Assembly (NCBI GenBank): GCA_907165135.1
Contig: OU015567.1
Span: 10,168,001-10,232,000 of the forward strand
Origin: Oikopleura dioica
Taxonomy: Eukaryota; Animalia; Chordata
Direction of reading: 5' to 3'
Length of the DNA: 64,000 nucleotides
Below the pieces are notes generated by a model that saw nothing but the letters and a program-made list of their open reading frames with translations, was not told the DNA's origin and did not search any database. The translations under genes were made by a program, and so were the position numbers. Shown here piece by piece: positions 58,447 through 64,000 of this stretch; within the stretch, counting starts at the first letter, position 1; every line of letters begins with the position of its first letter.

Positions 58447-60325
58447 CTAGATACTCGAGCAGGAGGTGGTGGACGATCGTACATAACATTGCTTCATGAG
58501 GATTATAGAACCATTAGCTCTTAGTGAAAATTCAAGCTCAACGAAATCTTTTTTAATCCCTTCACTTGATCTTTGGGAATAAGGACCAATATTAGGATGA
58601 AGCTGGCTCGCCCTGGACATTGCACTCGGCCTTGCACTCAAGCCAGTGGAGATTAAATTACTGATCCGTTGTCCAGCGCTTTCGGGAATTCGAAGGAGTT
58701 CCTCTTCTGAGGCTTTTTCTATCTCGCTCTAAAAATTTATTCTAAAATATAAAAATGATAAATAAATGCAGCATTACATCTTCAGTAAAGGAATACATCC
58801 AAAGATATCTTTGGAAAAGTCCGAGCATAAGCATTTCGATGATGACCAGCTTTTAAAGCTTAAAATTTTCAACAAATAAATCAAGCAACAAGAAATTTTG
58901 AGCTATCCTGATTATGAAGCAGAGTTCCACGGACAGATCCAGAAAGGGGGTAAACGCACTGAAGTGTGCACAGTCCAATGACAAGGGGTTGAACATTGAT
59001 GATGATAAGACTGAGCCGAAAATTGAAGAATTTTTCTCTAATCATAAACATGCTTCCCACATCTTGCAAGTTCTCCGACAAAATTGCGAGGCAAAAAACA
59101 CCCATGGCAGTGCTGAAAAGATTGATAAAAAGTGACATCAGTCCTATGATAGTCGAATCTGAGATCGGCTTACGAGTGACAGACTTTTGACTCTCCTAAG
59201 TAACGGAGCGAAATAATTACTGGATCATCACGTTTTGCAAGCCGCCGCCTAAGCCCTCGGCCAGCAGTAGAACAGAGACCAGAGTCAGTCCAGCGCGAAT
59301 AAGAGGTGGCTAAATCCAGTTACATCCTCTAGTTTTGGCGACAATCGATCAGCCCACCTGGTAGGCGCCCCACCACAGATTTGAGAACCACGCCCGGTTG
59401 CTCCGCTGCAGAGGAAAGCAACAACAACAGAATCGGCAGATAAACACTTGGATTACGGTTCAACACAGTTTTTAGACACCGATAATCATTTTCTTGCGAA
59501 CCTAACCTTGCATCGTCCATTTTTTCTTTTTCACCACTTTTAGAAAATTCTCGAATCCTTCGAAATAATCAAAAATCAGGTTGAAGAGTCCATTCATTGA
59601 AAAAGCAAACGTCATTACTCGGATAAAATCCAAGTAAAGCTAAAAGTTTTGAAAATTTTACGATGAAAACTTTACATTTAATCTTGGCGCAATGCAAATA
59701 ATAAGTGCCAGGACAGATGAGACCGGAGGAACGAGCAGAATTGAATGAATGAAGCCCAGTCTCTTCGTATTTTTGAGGCTTAGTCCTTTACCAGGCTCAA
59801 TTCTTTTTAGTATTTGTGATGTCTGACTGTTTTTCGAGTAAATAAGTGATAGATTGCATAGTCAATTGAGAAAGTTTCACAGAAAGAGCCAGAGAACAAA
59901 GCTTTTAGATAAGCCTTTTAGAATATAATCTCCATTGCTAGAGCGTTAAAAATGCATAAATTAAAATTTGTGTGTTCTATTTTTCCCTTTGATGTTGCTT
60001 TCACGCGAGCCTTTGGTTTCCGAAATGTAGTAGTAGATCGAGATAAAATTGAAAATCGTGAAAGACATGAGAACAACGCTGACCACTAAAAGCGCAAACT
60101 CTCCAGATTCATTGGAACGGACCATGATAACGGACGAAGGTGCTCCAATGGCACAGTATTGCACTAAAAGGAAATTTCGAGGGAAACTTTCACGTTTTCA
60201 CTGTAATTATCACGACTTTTTCGACCGCACATCGTAACGGTCCTGAGAACGTGAGTCGACTTCTTTCTCTTCTTACCTCGATCGGGAGGTATCTGAGCAC
60301 GAACTATTGGATCTCTAAGCGACAT
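58447..60325 (-). CDS. SLC51A: Organic solute transporter alpha (OST-alpha) homologue; 3' end approximate
   Basis: CAIGAPSSVIMVR...EFALLVV (cf. CFSQPPTAAQLLR...ELAL), a poly-Cys tract RFCCCCFP...GAYQ, KFFNFRLSLIIINVQP and R..LLHNQ-LVIIEML joined by a GA-AG intron. Confidence 0.85.
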
Positions 60326-61564
60326 TTTCTCTACTAAAAATTTAAAAACGACTTCTGTATTTTTCATTTGATATGACAAGAGCTTAAATTCTCCGGGATT
60401 TTACAAGCGTAGGATTGAAAGGAATCGACAAACATGGAAATTGTAAAAACTTAATCATGCATTTTTTCTTCGATGATTCGTTTTTTCTTTGCAATTCTTT
60501 AGATGAGAAAAAAAACTGCAGGAACTTCGTAAGGTTGAGTGAGATACTTTGCGCTGAGTAAGAAAGTCAATGTTCCATCTCGGAATGCTCGGTACAGCAT
60601 AGCAGAGATTCTTATTCCGAGAGAGGATGCGATCCGGAGCGAATTTGCGATAGCGCGGCAGCGGAAATACTTAACTTCTAGGGTCAAAATATGAATCCTC
60701 CTTCCCTCGAATTCAAGAATATCTGACACGCTATAGAGGAGCTGCCTGCTTCCCAAATTGATAAAACAGCGTCCACTTTTTGCGAAGCATTGATTGATCT
60801 CAAAAGTGCTTAGTTAGCTCACAAACCCAGACAAGCAGAATTAGAAGACATGCTTTGCGAGGCAGAGCAAGTCAGAGCAGGTGCTCGATCCACTGGGCAC
60901 TCCCAACGCCGCGGTTTCCGCTGGATGTAATCTTTTCGCGCGGCCGGCACCACATGCCAAATACGAAATTTGCTTATTTCCACGTTTGCCAGACAACCCA
61001 GACTAGACCCATCATTTTGAACCTAGAATTCTCTCGAAAAACCAAAACATCGGCAATAACCTTGTCAAAACGAAGCTTATTAAGATGAAATTTTGACTAG
61101 ATCGATAAAAAAAACTCGTTTCTTATTGGCTCTTTGCTAATTTTATGTTTTTTGATTCGCTTATCTGGGATAGCTTGCACCAGCTAATTAAGCAAATTGA
61201 ACTTCAAAAAAGAACCCCTCAAAATTCAAGAACCAAAAAGCGCGAAAAATTACGTGTACTCTTCACCAAGACATTAGTAGTTAAAATTGGAAAGAAGCCG
61301 CAATACTAACGGGCGACGTAGTTCACTCACTCCGCACTTTAAGCTGCCGTTTGCTGCAGTTTTCCGCAAATCGCGACAGCGAGACGTTCCTGTGGGTGTC
61401 GAGATGTGTTAATCATTTGGATTTTTGATGAAGGTGGCAGGAAATTATTCAAATCGAGGAACACGCGCCGCTTTTCAAAGAATCTCTCCAGCTTCCAGCT
61501 CAAGTTCATTTCACCCACAATCGGCCGATTAAAATCTTTATTCTAAACCAATTTCAACAAATTG

Positions 61565-61604
61565 CTCGACAGCCTGTGTAAAAAACCTGAGGCAGGGTCT
61601 AAAA
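61565..61604 (+). repeat. Copy of the dispersed CCTGTGTA repeat
   Basis: 37/40 match to 1221-1260 (reverse); similarity continues ~25 nt further. Confidence 0.8.
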
Positions 61605-62937
61605 GATCTTCAATGAAAGCCCTTTTATAAACCCTTTATTCAGCCATCGCCATCTAAAAAAGTGCTTCAATAATCAACCAAAGAATCAACGTCATCATCC
61701 TTTAAAATTAATCTGTATCGAGTTTACCGGTAATCGGCATTAGAATCATCTCTTACTGGAGCCGTCTTTCTTTACTTTTTGAACTTCCGTTACGTAAGAC
61801 TCGGAAGTCGCAGTTGAACGAAATTGTCAGTCTTCAGACTTGAAGTTGCATGTTTGTCCGGGAAAGAGTGCTGGCTGACTCATGGGCGAAGGAAAAACAA
61901 GTAACTTTGTAAATTACTTATTCAAAATGAATTGAAGCTGATTGAGCGGGCTAAAAAATCACCTGCGGTAATCAAATCGTGGTGAGAGCGAGATTCAAAA
62001 TTAAAATTTTCCGTGATGAAATAAATCGACTTACACTTTGTCGATCCGTGCGTTTAGAAATCCACCGGGTTTTTATACATGTCCATACTTTTTCTAGGTT
62101 GATGACCTCTTACGGCCGAGGAAAACCAGAAGAATGAAGTTAGCGGGATGGTTGAACCGGAATATATTAATCCGACCACGCACCTTGTGATGGCGGCCAA
62201 GTCGCATGATTTCTAAACCGACCCCCCTGATCAACCAGAGATCCACGACATCTCATGCATTATTTTACATCTGGCTGTTAATTCATGCCCCAACCATTCA
62301 GACGGATTAACGTAGGCAGTCCCCCTAAGTCCCGTATCAAACCGGCCTCGTCATTACAGGTTTTACTGTTCATTTAACAAGTTTGCACACGACACTTTCA
62401 TCAATCAACCGATCGGGGAAGTAATTATAAAACCCGACTTTTGTTGACTTATCATAGTGACACCCTTACTAAAACCCTACTTGAAACCTTCATTTTTTGA
62501 ATAAGAAAATGTAAAATTTTCTCCTAAAAAGTTCCACGGTAAAATTCTTTCGTGGAGCAGTTATTTTTCGCTGCCAATCTACAAAGTACTTTCGCGCCTG
62601 GCATCTGAGCAAGAAAGAGGCATTCTCTTCAACCAAAATACGCCTTCTAAAGATGAAATCGTCGAATTCCAGCGAAATGAACGGCCGCTTTTGAATTATG
62701 ATACGTTATGATTTTCAATTCGAAACTTTGAAAATATTTTCTCAAATACAATTTTTCCGCGAAAATCACGTGCGAAATGTTTTGATTCTCACAGCGTTCA
62801 GTCAAAACATAATTATCCGATTTACTTATCATCAAAGAACACTTCAAAAGCTTACGTCTTGAGGCGATTAATAGAACTTCAAGGTGAGCTCATCTTTTTG
62901 AAAAACAAAAACTTTTCGTCGAAAATCAAAAAGAATT

Positions 62938-63019
62938 CGCTGCGAACAGGATTCGAACCTGCGCGGGGAGACCCCAAGAGATTTCTAATCTCTCGCCTTA
63001 ACCACTCGGCCATCGCAGC
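62938..63019 (-). tRNA. tRNA-Ser(AGA): tRNA-Ser (AGA)
   Basis: An 82-nt cloverleaf with a long variable arm, anticodon loop TTAGAAA, and a T-run terminator downstream. Confidence 0.97.
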
Positions 63020-63717
63020 TGATAACAGGCCCGCAGGCGTGTTTCAACAGTTTTTTTGAATTTAGAAGAAGATAGTGTCAAAAATTATGACGAGAAGACT
63101 CTCAGAGTCATGACACATGAGTATTAAATTGATTGAAGTAAGAAAGTCTGCTTCATTGAACCGAATTAATAAAAGAACAAAATATGGTACTTTCAAGAGC
63201 AAAATTAGCATAGATGGCTTACAAGAAAGAGCTTATTTTACCCTGAAAAATTACTATTGATAAGAAGAAGTGCAATTTTATCACGAGAAAATATTCGACC
63301 TGTATATCAAGATACTCCTCTGATCGCCCTTTTTGTTAACCCGTAATTTTCACCCGCCTTTTTGGAAACTCGTCTTTTTCAGCGAAAGTTTTGACAAGAC
63401 TGGAAACTACTGATAACAAATTTAGCGATAGCAATTTTTTCACGGTACAAAAACGAAAGTGAGTGGAGGAAATTTTAAACGAAAATTATCGAGTACCGGA
63501 AGAATGAACAGTTCACTCAGTTTTTTTCGGCCCCAAATTAGCTTTCGCTGGAACCTGTCATTTGTCGGTTGAGTTTTGATTGACAGAAATTGAGGCGGTA
63601 GTTTGCGTGGGGTTTTGTATTCATCTTCTTTTCACGTTTCTACGATTTCGTTTAGGGGCAAAAGGGAAAAGCCAGTATGAGAAAATCTGATGAAACACGC
63701 CTGGGGGCAGATCATCA

Positions 63718-63799
63718 GCTGCGATGGCCGAGTGGTTAAGGCGAGAGATTAGAAATCTCTTGGGGTCTCCCCGCGCAGGTTCGAATCCTGTTCGCAGCG
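63718..63799 (+). tRNA. tRNA-Ser(AGA): tRNA-Ser (AGA), identical inverted copy
   Basis: Identical to the reverse complement of 62938-63019. Confidence 0.97.
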
Positions 63800-64000
63800 A
63801 ATTCTTTTGAACCATCCTTTTATGCGCTTTTCTCCAACTTCGACCCTTTCTGTTAACACGCAATTACCAGCTTTGAAAATGAATGGGCTACAGTTGTTTT
63901 TGGCGCTGTACTCAGCACATTGACTCGGCCAATTTGCATTTTTGGGCGCTAACGAAACTACGACATTAATTTTACACGACTCTTGGCAGACGACGCCTCT

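Noticed and set aside
60499-62200. Possible additional minus-strand gene upstream of SLC51A
   Set aside because: Several open frames exist, but there is no coherent splice model or family motif.
62859-63059. ORFs 62859-63059 and 63621-63863 sharing the peptide NSLRTGFEPARGDPKRFLISRLNHSAIAAD
   Set aside because: These are simply antisense translations of the two tRNA-Ser genes.
1-64000. CRISPR arrays, rRNA/5S or spliced-leader RNA genes
   Set aside because: No regularly spaced repeat-spacer array and no recognisable rRNA, 5S or SL RNA sequence was seen.

Overview
Gene-dense (~38% GC) eukaryotic DNA. It is most likely from an appendicularian tunicate such as Oikopleura dioica. The evidence is a connexin gene (connexins are chordate-restricted), mostly 40-60 nt introns with several GA-AG and GC-AG boundaries, and very short intergenic gaps. 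I reconstructed about 20 spliced genes by eye, so exon limits are approximate. They include ZP-domain, monoglyceride-lipase-like, WD40, PAN-domain, two EF-hand, connexin, HSD17B4 dehydrogenase-domain, PDZ-LIM, PLA2-like, PLAC8, VWA, beta-hexosaminidase, CADM-like Ig, tropomyosin and OST-alpha genes. There are three tRNA genes, two MITEs and a short dispersed repeat. The most unusual object is a recently inserted 4.2 kb Ty3/gypsy-type LTR element (33289-37509). It keeps Gag, protease and in-frame remnants of the RT connection and RNase H domains, lacks the RT catalytic core and integrase, and carries an internal copy of its polypurine tract. It sits 4 nt after a host stop codon. Also notable are a connexin with a greatly expanded, potentially glycosylated second extracellular loop, a stand-alone HSD17B4 dehydrogenase domain with no PTS1, and two probable pseudoenzymes.
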